This document shows positions 52,906-63,795 of a stretch of DNA of 64,000 nt, piece by piece. A model generated the notes under the pieces. That model was not told the DNA's origin and made no database searches. It saw only the letters and a list, made by a program, of their open reading frames with translations. Numbering within the stretch: the first letter of the stretch is position 1; each line of letters starts with the position of its first letter. The position numbers and the translations under genes are program-made. Source of the DNA: Lingula anatina (Eukaryota; Animalia; Brachiopoda); the NCBI GenBank assembly GCA_051362555.1, contig CM120641.1:8804001-8868000 (forward strand), read 5' to 3'.

Positions 52906-55900
52906 CCCTCATGAAATAAGACTTTTCACTAGTGGAATCATAGTTCTAAACCATACCAAATGGCACCATTCACCATCTAAAATACCAAAAATTTTCAGGG
53001 CCCTTTAGCGGGCGGGGGAGGGGGGTAGTCAATTCAGTTTATGTTAACCTTGCAGGCTGTCTCATTTCTTCTTCAATAATTTATTCATAACTTTTATTCC
53101 GATTTCATGATATCATTTGATCATAATTTTTGCTTTTCTGTATAGCAACAAGTATGACCAAATACATATATATTCTTTTCAAATAAATCGATCTCTGTGC
53201 TGACAATAAAGAAGAAAGAATTCAGCACGTAGGGTCCCTTTGAATATCGCTTAAAGCGGTCGGGAATGGTCCTGCACCCTAATGGCCCATAGACAGTCCT
53301 GCAGGGCCTCGTATCTCGAAAGCATCGCTTATTGAGAATAGCTATGTCACACAGAGGCTACAATATATTATACGGGGCGAGTATAGGTGAGTTATTGGAT
53401 CGAGATGCTTGCGCTCGGTCGCAATGCGTGATACTTTTGAGTTACGGTTTTACAAAAAATGTTGCCGCTCGACTCATTGCAAATCGAAGTCACCTTTCCA
53501 TGGGTCCCAATTTGTTCTCTTTCGTTTGGTTCTGTCGTAATCTCTCTTATTTTTATTTCTTCCCTCAATTGTTTTTCTTTTGTGAACTTCTCTATCGGAC
53601 TTGATAGAATTTTTTTTCATTTTTGACAGCCCAAGATGAAAGCACGTGGGAAAAGAACTACATCTGATGCACGGCGTAAACTCATACGTTCATTCATAAT
53701 TTTGGGATTCAAATTTTTTGTAAAATTCTCCTTTAATTTGCCTCCGTTGCCTTTATTACTGTTGATTATAAGCACTTCATGTACCTGTAAGTCTATTTAA
53801 TCAATATCATAACTTTTTATACTTTCACATTTTTATTACTCTCAACCTACAAATTGCTACTCGCGGTATCTCTACACAAAACAATGACGTAACATTATCT
53901 GCTGTGCACTGAATCTGGTTAAGATCAATTTGCCCCGTTTCAAATTGTCTTTCAACTTGATATCACACAGACGGAACTTTGAAAACGAGGCCACTGAGAG
54001 GGAGACTGTTGGTTACATTTCGATACGAGCGTTCGATTGCAAGCTATGGTTAGTTCTTTAATTGCTTCTATGAAAGTGGGTGAAAACAGTGAGTTGATTT
54101 GATATTTTGCTGAAATCACTTGTGAACATAGACAAAATAAAAGGTGAATATAGGCTGTAAAAATAGCCAGCCCGTCGGGCGGGTAATTTGTAAATCTTAC
54201 CCGCCCGGCCTAAAAGTTACCAGCCTCGGGCTGGCGGGCTGGCGGGCTGGCGGCCATTTCATACACTGGGTATACGCTAAATCTATTGTATTACAATATA
54301 TAGAGCCTGTGTCTGCTTTGACAAGAGTCAGTATGGTGTACAATACTAGATAGTAAAGAGGTGCTAATAGTAATCCGTAATTATGCCGTTTCTGTAGCAC
54401 ATCCCACCCTCCTTGATTTTAGTTTGCTTACTAGTCGATACCCTATTTAGCGCAGTCTAATTTTAAGAGTGTTGTCTTTTTTTGTTTTATTTTTTTTTAC
54501 CCGTTTAAGCAACGTCCAAACCTGTGTAATGAACATCAAACTTACAGATCACATCAACAACATAACAGTATAAATCTTAACGGAACCTTCTTTCTGTAAT
54601 GTTTGAGTTAATTGGTGGTGGGCAGAGTCTTATTATTCAATGATGATAATAATAATTGTAGAAGTAGGGCTACATGTAGTCGCACAAAAGCACATTCCTT
54701 AATTCTGTGATCTATTCTAGGGTGTAGGTTTTCGTATATTTTTTAACTGAGTCTGTACCATCAACTTACCAGCTTTGGACAACTGGCGAGCAGACATTTT
54801 TCCTCTAGGGATGATAATTTCACTGTTGTCAGGTGCTGGTCTCATATCGGCAGTTGCCGCAGGGAGCGTGATTGAAATCAAAACTTGGCACATCTTGAAA
54901 GTTTAAGTCGGACAAAAGAACTTCAGGTGACCCTTTTAATCAGAGCTGCCAGGTAAGCTAACAGTTTAATTACTGCAACGTACAGGTAAATTGAGAGTTG
55001 CGATAAGATCACCTTCTTCCTATCTCTCCATCAACATATTTCTTGAGACTGCCTTTATTTTCGTTCACTGTTCCACAAGGATAATTATCAAACGAAGAAC
55101 ATTGTATGGAGAAGGGGTTTTTATTCATTATTTTATTCATGAAACAATAAGCAAACTGCTCGTTTCAGCAGAAGGATGGGAATATAAAACCATTTATTTA
55201 AAATAAAGTTCTTAAAAAACTGCTTGCTTAAAGCATTCCATCAAGATACATGTGAACTAAATCTGGATTGAATAAGTTGTATGAATAATGTCATAAAAGA
55301 ATATTTGCTATATGAATATATGCCAGACATTTCACTCATTGCGATAGATAGAATATTCTGCTATAAAATAGAAAAAAAAAACAGAAGGTACTGGTGACAG
55401 CCCGTATCGGTAATGTATAATTTGGCAGAGCAAGCTTACATGCACCAAACCAAACAAATTTCAAAAAACAATTTTTGTAACATATTTATTGGTAATGTTA
55501 GCCGGTCAGATTCCTTGAAAACATTATATAACCATACTGGCAGAGACTAATAGAAAAGTGCAACAGATTGGCTAGGTCAGCAAGTAGATGTAGTTATCGA
55601 TGAAGGTTACTTCTGACAAATGAATTGCGGTAAAAAATGATAAAAATTTTCACCACAATCAAAATAAGCCGTAAAGCCAAAATGTCACATAAGATGACAA
55701 AATTACAAGTAAGACGTGGCACTTCTTTGACTTTGGCATTTTAAGTCGAACAAAAGATTTTGGTGACACGTTTAATCAGAGTTTACCTGCCACGTAAGTT
55801 AGATTAATAACTCCAAAGTACAGGTAGACTGAGATTTTCGATAAGATCATCCACTCATTTCTCCATCTCCGCAATTCTTTGGAGCGTCCGATAAGATCTA

Positions 55901-58900
55901 AAGGGACTCGGGCACGTGGATTACACGGAATTACCATGATCGTTGATTATCTTCCTTAAATGCTTGCTTAAGCTCCGATCATCCATTTTTAGCCGACTCC
56001 ATGTTCTAAGAAAATCCTTTTAAAAACCCTTTCTACAAGCATTTAATTTGATGTACGAGTCAATGGATATTATCTTCGTCGTCTTAATCTACAATTGAAT
56101 ACTCCGCGCCGCTTCATAATTAAAAGTAAAAAAAAAAAAAAGAAAAACGTGTATTGTAAAAAGAAAAACGTGTATTGTAAATATCCACATATACCTTGTC
56201 AGTAACCTTTTCAACATCACAACAAGTTCCGTCTTCATTCCTGAACTTCTCCCAAATGTAACTTTTGTTGTCCTCATCGTCATCTTCATCTTCATCTTGT
56301 TCTGCTTGCATCAACCTCAGCATAACTAAAAAAAAAGAGAAATGCCATAACTATCATTTACTGAGGCATATACAGAACAAGGAGGGCACTCCCTAACACA
56401 TCCCTTTTCCAGACTGTCCCTAGCATAGCAAGAAGTGAAAAAAAATGCCCCAAATGCTCCCAAAATGGACCCCCTTTTTTCCCCCCTTCAAGATCATTAT
56501 TTGCATAGGAGAAGTGGGTGCATGCTTGACAACTTTAATCCACCAAGTAAATCAATGTTACAGCTACAAGGCACATTTATAGTTGGAATTTTCTACATGA
56601 GAAACATAATCTGAGTATGCATGAAGCTACCATGAAATATACACAACTTACAAATGTACCATAAAACCATTAACAGCTAGCCCTTACTTTATCAAAAAAA
56701 AGAGTGGCCATGTTGGTTCACTTTGTAGTATAATTTACAAATTCAAAAACATTTGTAAAATGGTATGTAAAAACATTCACTATGACTGGGTTCCCATACC
56801 TAGATTGATCTAACAGGATCAATCCATCTCAGAGGGGTTTCTCACCAAATTGCTTTCAGCTTAAGCAGCATAGATGTCTGGCATGCCTACTGAAAACAGC
56901 TTCAGTAGGCGTGACAGACATCTAAGCCTCTTAAGTTCATTGCAATTTAGCGAGAATCCCCTAGGAGATAGATTGATCTACAGTTAGTACAATAGGGTCT
57001 GGGAATGGTCCCTAACACACAAAAATATTTTGGAATATGCACTGGCACATGCATTAATTTCAAGACTTAATACTCTGCCATAAAAGAATAAATAAAAAAG
57101 GCAAATTTTCTGCAGTATATATGTCAAGGAGAGCATTTATCTTTTAATCAAGCTCCTAAGCGAACAACAGAGCATCTTGCATATAAAAAGCTGCATTAAA
57201 ATAATTTATAATGGGTGTGAAATATATGAGAAACAATAAGTCTGCATTCATCTTTTTGAAATTTCTTAGATACTTTCCCATTTGTACTGAATATTTAAGC
57301 TAATACTAGCACAGCTACTGACTTTGTGATCCAATATTTCTTACCAACTCCAACACTGAAAACATCATATTCCTTGCGGTACTTGTTCTTATAGGAGGAG
57401 TAGAGAAAGTCTGGATCCTGATAACTAACAGCACCATGGCCAATAGCAGTAACTTTGCTCTGTTTAGACTTCATCTCTGTAGCCAATCCATGGTCTCCAA
57501 TGCGGGCATTTAATTCCTGATCCAACAAAATGTTGCTGGGTTTGATATCCATGTGGAGAATAGAGTTTCTGAAAGGCAAAATTTTTTATTAGCCAAAATA
57601 AAGGAAAAAATTCTTCATGGAGAGAATGCTGTAAATACATACTAGTATTGCATTTCAAGGAATCAGCATTGTGAAAAGACAAACAACATTTAAAAAGTTA
57701 CTATAGACTAAGATTTTATAATTTTCAATCCTTTTAAAATCAATGTTCAAATTACACATTAATTTTTCTTATCATGGCTCTTATTCATCTAATCAAAAAA
57801 TAAAAACTGAATATACATAAAATTTACCAAAATGTATTTGAATCTATTCTTCTTTTATGATTGTTTATTTATTTTATTTATTTTTTTTTTTACCTAATTT
57901 TAACACCCCCACTCTTAACTGGTGTGTGGAGATATTGTAGGCCTGCACAGACTTGGTATATAATGCGGCACCTGTCACGCCAGCCTGGTACAGGACTTGT
58001 ATTTTTTAGTACATAATCCAAGTCTCTCTTCTCCATATATGGATACATCAAATAGATTTCCCTGAAGGTAGGAAAAACATCAGCCAAGACTGTTCAGAAG
58101 TATAGTTGGTTAAAGTCATAATAACTCTTCATTTTGGCCAAAAATTGGATTTTCCTGGAGTAAACAGCAATTTTCCCGTACTTACCAATGGTCAGCGACC
58201 CCATTCCTGCATTCAAAGTTAATCCAGGGTTTTTTTCCTAAACGTACGGTTTTTTGTTAAAATCTCTGAAGAGATTTTAACTGACGGAGCTCTCTCTGAC
58301 ATCGCATAATCACTGTTGAACTACTTAAAACCGCGGGAAAAGCAGACAACAACAACACTATATAAGATTCATGAGATATATTCGTCTTTTTGTTAAAAAT
58401 ACATTAATATCCACAATGTGTGCCATTCTGGGCTTTTCGTTATCCGACGCACAGTACAAAAACTCGCAACTTACGTCTGCGTCTGCATTAATGTGTTTGG
58501 CGCCATATGTTATTTTGGTCTCGAATGATCGCGAGAATCCGCATGACACCATTACGTCATTAGCAACGAATGCCTTGATGGCCGGGAAGAAAAGCATCGA
58601 AAGTCCTTTTGACAAGCACAGATTTTAGTTTTACTACAATAATGGCCGTTTTAGTGGTAAAATACAATAGAATATATTTCCATGCGTTGTTTACAATGTA
58701 TTTCATGCGGAATTTTGAATCTCAAAGGAAGAGTTATTATTGCTTTAATCTACTGCCAAAAAGCAGTTATTTGTTTGGCACAAACCCAAACAAGTATGAT
58801 GTTATCTGATATGTTCACCAATAGAAAATTTGATTCTGGTATGTCTTTGTCCCAGATTTAAGCGTGTCATTTAAGTGTCATTTTTGGCCAAGAATTAAAG

Positions 58901-59663
58901 AGTTCAAAATACACACAATGTTTGGCAATGCAAAATTGTTTGTTATAATAAGACAAATCCACCTCCTTTTACATAAAAGCACCCCAGTGTAATCCAACAC
59001 ATAGGAAGTATTGTGGATGTGCAGATATATTAAATACAACATAAACAAAATAAATTTTTGCTTAACCTCAAGAAATGAACATTCAAAAGCAGTCCTTAAA
59101 TGTTATTTTTTACAACCAGCACAATGAACAGGGACTGCAGGAGGATTGCACAGTGGGGCATTGCAATCAGGTGTACACATTCTGCAGTTGAAGGACTGAA
59201 ATATATATATTGCTTTATATATTATTATTATTATTCTTATGCTCTTTTATACTCACTTCTGTGTAGCTGCAACTGCATATAATGGCAACAGAAAGGGATG
59301 TCTTATATGACCAACAATCTTTTCCTATTAAATATGAAAGGAAGAAATGGTTAAGAAAGAAATGCAACTTTATTAAAACCAAACCTCAAACATTCAGGTT
59401 TCTTTACATGACATAACACTGACAGAGCTCTGTAAATTATACTTCATATAAATTCTTTTTTCATTTTAGTCAAGCCCAGCAAGACATTCAACTGGAATTG
59501 ATAACTAGCTGTAATTGGCCAATTATCTGGTATTTAGCAACTGCAAATCAATTATTACTAATATTTGTAACTGAAGATACCTTCACATACTGGAGCTCAT
59601 GTTCCTTTTTGGCTTTCTTACAAACTTTGATGGCAACTTCTTTGTCTCTGTATTTTTTGGAAC
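37451..59663 (-). CDS. Multidomain protein: Pelle/IRAK-like non-RD kinase + RING-like Zn finger + metacaspase-type peptidase C14 + unknown C-terminal region (5' exons not found in window)
   Basis: Exons 59663-59581, 59324-59257, 58061-57894, 57568-57345, 56325-56195, 50381-50232, 47608-47533, 46276-46136, 44796-44676, 40647-39590, 39353-39106, 37744-37451; every junction is GT-AG and phase-matched; 2762 nt = 2 nt + 920 codons, no internal stop seen. Confidence 0.85.
39590..44796 (-). CDS. Caspase-like (C14, meta/paracaspase-type) domain portion of the fusion gene
   Basis: YAILVGG..FQRDV (exon 44796-44676); FVFYYSGHG (His codon 40509-40511); LVILDCC (Cys codon 40386-40388); p10-like WSCAEHQTS..GLSIFTKHMVNGL and ISFEILQSYVYEHV..QQPEI. 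Confidence 0.88.
41509..41698 (-). mobile_element. Short HINE/Helitron-like non-autonomous element
   Basis: CTAGAACAGCACTCCGAGAGTGCAGACCTCTGCCAAGG start with hairpin, ACAG microsatellite remnant, AACCTC..GAGGT end. Confidence 0.6.
42040..43262. repeat. Degenerate ~360-380 bp tandem-like repeat units
   Basis: Recurrent blocks TTTTGATGCAACATTACATAA, AGAAAATGTGAC.AGCAAAGGTCTTCAGG..CATGGAACTTCAAAG and GAAAATGCCAA. Confidence 0.6.
43270..44548. mobile_element. Second Helentron-type element with an internal ~161 bp tandem array
   Basis: About 4-5 units (CCCGATCATGCTGATTTTCGAACTTGACCGGCGTATTATGAATATT near 43870, 44030, 44192, 44353), (ACGGCG)n microsatellite, hairpin TATGTACAGACACA-tc-TGTGTCTGTACATA 44516-44545, A-run. 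Confidence 0.75.
45465..45748. mobile_element. Degenerate MITE of the GAGCGC-terminus family
   Basis: GAGCGCATTCA..GCAGACTAACAGATCC start and a decayed inverted end, similar to the outer element at 15740-16188. Confidence 0.55.
46136..47608 (-). CDS. RING-like Cys/His-rich exons of the fusion gene
   Basis: Spliced peptide CCKCNLNYPALDLHPRIGCTGPGKEEKCRLFCQGCLMDHYRNPLYCPTHG: CxxC...H...C...C...FCxxC...CPxH. Confidence 0.7.
46870..47370. mobile_element. Decayed relative of the 43270-44548 element
   Basis: Repeated CATGCTGATTTTC units, (ACAG)n, decayed hairpin TATATACAGACACT..AGTGTCCATATATA. Confidence 0.55.
47854..48946. mobile_element. CAGGG-terminus non-autonomous DNA transposon hosting a LINE fragment
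   Basis: CAGGGCCGTAGCCT ... AGGCTCAGCCCTG imperfect TIRs; GAATA on both flanks. Confidence 0.6.
47955..48768 (-). mobile_element. 5'-truncated LINE (L2/CR1-like): C-terminus of the RT ORF plus (TAT)n tail
   Basis: LVHAFITSHLDYGNSLLYGLP..KLQSVQNAAARL..LHWLPV..RI.FK..YGHRAFS..AP.LWNQLP; minus-strand 3' end AAATAAATA(TTA)n. Confidence 0.9.
49313..49866. mobile_element. Young MITE with ~150 bp near-perfect TIRs
   Basis: 49313-49464 is the near-exact reverse complement of 49716-49866; GAG...CTC ends; TAGTCTA(A) repeated in both flanks. Confidence 0.9.
50232..59663 (-). CDS. Protein kinase domain portion (Pelle/IRAK-like) of the fusion gene
   Basis: VAIK, alphaC Glu (YVKE), IRHPFLLPL, LMYPYME..DL, W.DR.RI...CAGLQYLH, ILHMDIKPSNILLD, IGDHGLA, YQDPD, YDVFSVGVVML, LALKC....NR. 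The Gly-loop exon was not found in the window. Confidence 0.92.
50520..51170. mobile_element. Internal fragment of the 17925-type element
   Basis: Tandem-unit sequence (AAGTAGGTCAAAGGTCAAATTCAAGGTCA) and downstream body similar to 18540-19030. Confidence 0.65.
52576..54268. mobile_element. Non-autonomous hAT-like element (~1.7 kb) with probable internal insertions
   Basis: 13 bp TIR CAGTGTATGAAAT / ATTTCATACACTG; subterminal GCCAGCCC/GGGCTGGC repeats; flanks GTTATAC / GGTATAC resemble a TSD. Confidence 0.7.
56786..57010. mobile_element. Palindromic MITE, same family as 36298-36544
   Basis: Fold-back centred on GCCTACTGAA..TTCAGTAGGC; sequence shared with the RPUSD1 intron copy. Confidence 0.65.
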
Positions 59664-60072
59664 CTATAATGCAACAAGGCCATTACAGATAAATATCAGT
59701 AGCAAAACCATTAAAAATACCAGGAACTAATAAGTAAAATATTGACAAATATCCTCTTACTGGCATTATGAAAAATAAAATTGGATAAAACATAATGTTT
59801 GTCTTTTAATTATTTTGATTAGTTTAACTTTAATAACTTTACCAATACAGCCCATATTTGAACTGCATTTTAGTGACATGAAATGCTCCAGTGTTTCATG
59901 ATAATAATCAATACAGTTATCCATTTATTGCATTTACATTTGAAAAGTGCATGGCAATGACGACAATAGATTCAGATGATAGTTTCATGTTCAGTCAAAC
60001 TTTGTCTGTACATAATATGCAATCTAAGAGCATTTAACACAGGCATCTTAAATACATCTTTCAAGACATTAA

Positions 60073-61990
60073 CTAGAGGATCAGAGAGGCGATACCGCCT
60101 CCGAATATTGTACCACCAGCTGGAGTAAGCACATTCGTATAGCCCCCCCCACAAAAAAAGGGACACCACCACCAGTCTTGTGCTTGACAAGCTGTAAAAA
60201 TTGCAATCAACAAGAATTCTCAAAATATGCAAAAAATATATATAACTAAAATGGTACAATCAAAGTTCAATTCATGATGAAAAGTAGGTCAAAGGTCAAT
60301 TTCAAGGTCACACTTAGATTGCCAGTATATGACTTCCTATTCAAATTCAACAGTAACTATGGGCGTATCTTTGCCAGTTTTGGAGATAAAAGGGAACCAA
60401 AATTTGCAAAGTTAAGTTCATGGTAAAAAGTAGGTCAAAGGTCAATTTTAAGGTCACAGTAAATTGCCTCTAATGACTACATATTCAAGTTCAATAGTAA
60501 CTATGGACCTATCTCTGCTAGTTTTGGAGATAAAAGGGAACAAAATTTACAAAATTCAATTCATGATGAAAAATAGGTCACAGGTCAATTTTAAGGTCAC
60601 AGTAAATTGCCAGTATATGACTTCCTATTCAAGTTCAATAGTAACTATGGGCATATCTCTGCCAGTTTTGAAAATAAAAGCATTAAAAAGTTGCAAAGTT
60701 CAGTTCATGGTGTAAAGTAGGTCAAAGGTCAATTTCAAGGTCAGAGTAAGATTACAAATATATGACTTCCTATTCAAGTTCAATAGTAACTATGGATCTA
60801 TCTCTGCCAGGTTTGGAGTTAAAAGGGAAAGAAATTAGCAAAGTTCAGTTCATGGTAAGGTTAAAAGTGGGTCAAAGGTCAATTTTAAGGTCACAGTAAA
60901 TTGCCTCTAATGACTACATATTTAAGTTCAATAGTAACTATGGACCTATCTCTGCCAGTTTTGGAGATAGAAGGGAACCAAAATTTGCAAAGTTCAATTC
61001 ATGATGAAAAATAGGTCAAAGGTCAATTCCTATTCAAGTACAATAGGAACTATGGACCTATCTCTGCCAGTTTTGGAGATAGAAGGGAACAAAATTTGCA
61101 AAGTTCAATTCATGATGAAAAGTAGGTCAAAGGTCAATTTCAAGGTCACATTAAGATTGCCAGTATATGACTTCCTATTCAAGTTCAATTATAACTATGG
61201 ACTTATCTCTGCCAGTTTTGGAGATAAAAGGGAACCAAAATTTGCAAAGTTCAATTCATGATGAAAAGTAGGTCAAAGGTCAATTTCAAGGTCACATTAA
61301 GATTGCCAGTATATGACTTCCTATTCAAGGTCAATAGTAACTATGGACCTATCTCTGCCAGTTTTGGAGATAAAAGGGAACCAAAATTTGCAAAGTTCAG
61401 TTCATGATGAAAAGTAGGTCAAAGGTCAATTTTAAGGTCACAGTAAATTGCCTCTAATGACTTTCTATTCAAATTTAATAGTAACTATGGGCGTTTCTTT
61501 GCCAGTTTTGAAAGTGTAAGCAATCAAAAAGGTGCAAAGTTTAGTTTATGGTGTAAAGTAGGTCAAAGGTCAATTTCAAGGTCAGAGTAAGATTGCCAGT
61601 ATAGGACTTCCTATTCGAGTTCAATAGTAACTATGGACCTAGCTCTGCCAGTTTTGGAGATAAAAGGGTATCAAAATTTGCAAAGTTCAATTCATGATGA
61701 AAAGTAGGTCAAAAGGTCAATTTTAAGGTCACATTAAGATTGCCAGTATATGACTTCCTATTCCACTTCAATAGTAACTATGGACCTATCTCTGCCAGTT
61801 TTGGAGATAAAAGGGAACCAAAATTTGCAAAGTTCAATTCATGATGAAAAGTAGGTCAAAGGTCAATTTTAAGGTCACAGTAAATTGCCAGTATATGACT
61901 TCCTATTCAACTTCAATAGTAACTATGGACCTATCTCTGCCAGTTTTAGAGATATAAGGGACTAAATGTTATAATTTTGGAGTTACAATA
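60073..61990 (-). mobile_element. Copy of the 17925 element with the internal array expanded to ~12 units of ~145 bp
   Basis: Same CTAG/hairpin end; unit marker AAGTAGGTCAAAGGTCA (or variant) near 60282, 60428, 60572, 60715, 60865, 61009, 61120, 61266, 61412, 61556, 61702, 61849; interrupted at 61996. Confidence 0.85.
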
Positions 61991-61995
61991 ATGTG

Positions 61996-62700
61996 CAGGG
62001 ATCTCCCAGGGTTCCTTTTTGCGCCATTGGCGCGCACAGATTTGTAATGACGCACTTTTTCAATAGCAGTGCGTCCCAAGGGTGCATCAAAAATAAATAA
62101 ATTTAAAAAAAGGAGTTTGTTTGTTCAACATATTTTAAACTGTTAAAATTGTGTATTTTTAAACCCACCAAAATTTTACTAAACTTGGAACAAGTGTCAG
62201 TCGGGAAAACCGAACTTCAAAGTTCTAGTCTTACGTCAACTGCGTGCGTTCTCTGCATGGAGAGTACCTTCTCTGGGTAGAGAGTACACCGGAAGTTCAG
62301 AGATGCCCGCGCCAAAAGTAAAGCAGCCGAAGCTTTCGTTTTTTTGGCATACGAGTAATGTACCAGATAGCGGACATACTAGTGGTAAAGTACCAGATAG
62401 GGAGCCTCCACTAACTTCCGTTAAGAAGTTTCAGCAAAGTTGGCTGCAGAGATTCCCGTGGCTGCGCTTCGACAAGGAAAAGTCAACCACGTGGTGTGCA
62501 CCATGCAAAAAGGCGGGCAAACGTAATACCATGGCCCTGGGGGTATCGTCCAACCTTCTCACCAGTACGCTCACCCGCCACGTTGGAATGACCAACCATG
62601 TATGCGCTATCCAGTAACTTAAATAAATTTACTCTGGTTCGAATTCAATTAAAAAATGAGTGATTTTAACTTAAAAGTGTTTCCACGTGTGCAGCCTACT
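61996..62700 (+). mobile_element. hAT-like element start carrying a TTF-type zinc finger transposase N-terminal fragment (ORF 62303-62617)
   Basis: CAGGG terminus; KKFQQSWLQRFPWL...WCAPC...N...TLTRH....H is typical of ZnF-TTF domains of hAT/ZNF862-like transposases; no catalytic domain seen. Right boundary not determined. Confidence 0.7.
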
Positions 62701-62999
62701 TAGAGATGTACGCACTCGTACAGGGAGTTGAAATTATTTTGAGTTTCTTGTGCATTTGGCCTTGAGCAAGGTACTACGTTTTTGGTGGGATAAGCAGTCA
62801 ATTAACCATATAATTATGTCTTCCATTTCTATTTGTGTTGTTTTGAATACAATTTGGTACTAGTAGTTTATTGCCAAGTTAATGTACTGTATGATGTAGA
62901 AATCATTATGCAAAGTAATGGGATTGCATTTTAGTCATTTTAGTTTGAGTATCACTGATTGTTATTATGGACAAAATGATTAGTGAATTTTTAAGTGTC

Positions 63000-63042
<43 letters not shown>

Positions 63043-63049
<7 letters not shown>

Positions 63050-63135
63050 GGAAATAACCGCCCGTCCCAACGTCCTTGACGGTCTAATTTCATGGAGGAC
63101 GGGTAAAATTAATTTGGAGACCGTCCTGTGGTCGG
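63043..63135 (+). mobile_element. Terminus of a hAT-like element adjoining a (TA)n tract
   Basis: CAGAGTTGGAAATA start with CCCGTCC/GGACGGG subterminal motifs. Confidence 0.5.
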
Positions 63136-63492
63136 GCCGCACTTTGAAGTCGTCAGTAGATCTGAGCGTGAAACATCGCGTCTTTCTTGATTTTGAGATT
63201 CACACATTTACTTATATATAAGTGTTTACAATATAAATCACATGAGCATTCCGAATATAGGAAAATAGGTCAATGATACGTCATTACATCGAGTACTTCC
63301 GACTTTTACCGCGGGAAAATTTCACTGCGATAAACCAATAAGTCACGTGAACATTCCAAATATAGGGATATAGGTCAGTGATATGTCATTAAATGACTTA
63401 CTCTCGACTTTTGTCGCGGGAAGATTCGCTGCAATAAGCCAATCAAATGCAAGGTAACATCGGTAATATGATAAAGAAGACAATATGGTGAG

Positions 63493-63795
63493 CTAATGTA
63501 GCGTAAATTCACGATGCCTTAAATTTTTGCATCCTTTAACGAAGGGTCCATTTTTATATTTCTTCCTTGACAAAAGCGGGCCATAAATGGGTATAAACGG
63601 ATATAAAATTTGACGGTTTTCGTTACATATCAGCCAACTAAACTCTGCTTTCCAACTTGGAACAATCGTCCGCTGCCTCTTATTTTGGTCGTAGTCTTTA
63701 CGGACCTCCGTCGCTGGTCGCTTTTCATGATTTTTTTCAGGAAGACCAAGAAACTTTCGTTGCATGTCGGTGCTTCTAAAGACGTAGAAGTTCAA
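63493..63795 (-). pseudogene. Degenerate TTF zinc-finger transposase fragment
   Basis: RQRTIVPSWKAEFSWL...PFVKGCKNLR; the expected CxxC is lost. Confidence 0.55.

Noticed and set aside
60260-61990. Regular repeat array as a CRISPR array
   Set aside because: Units are contiguous ~145 bp near-identical repeats without unique spacers, inside a eukaryotic transposon; no cas genes.
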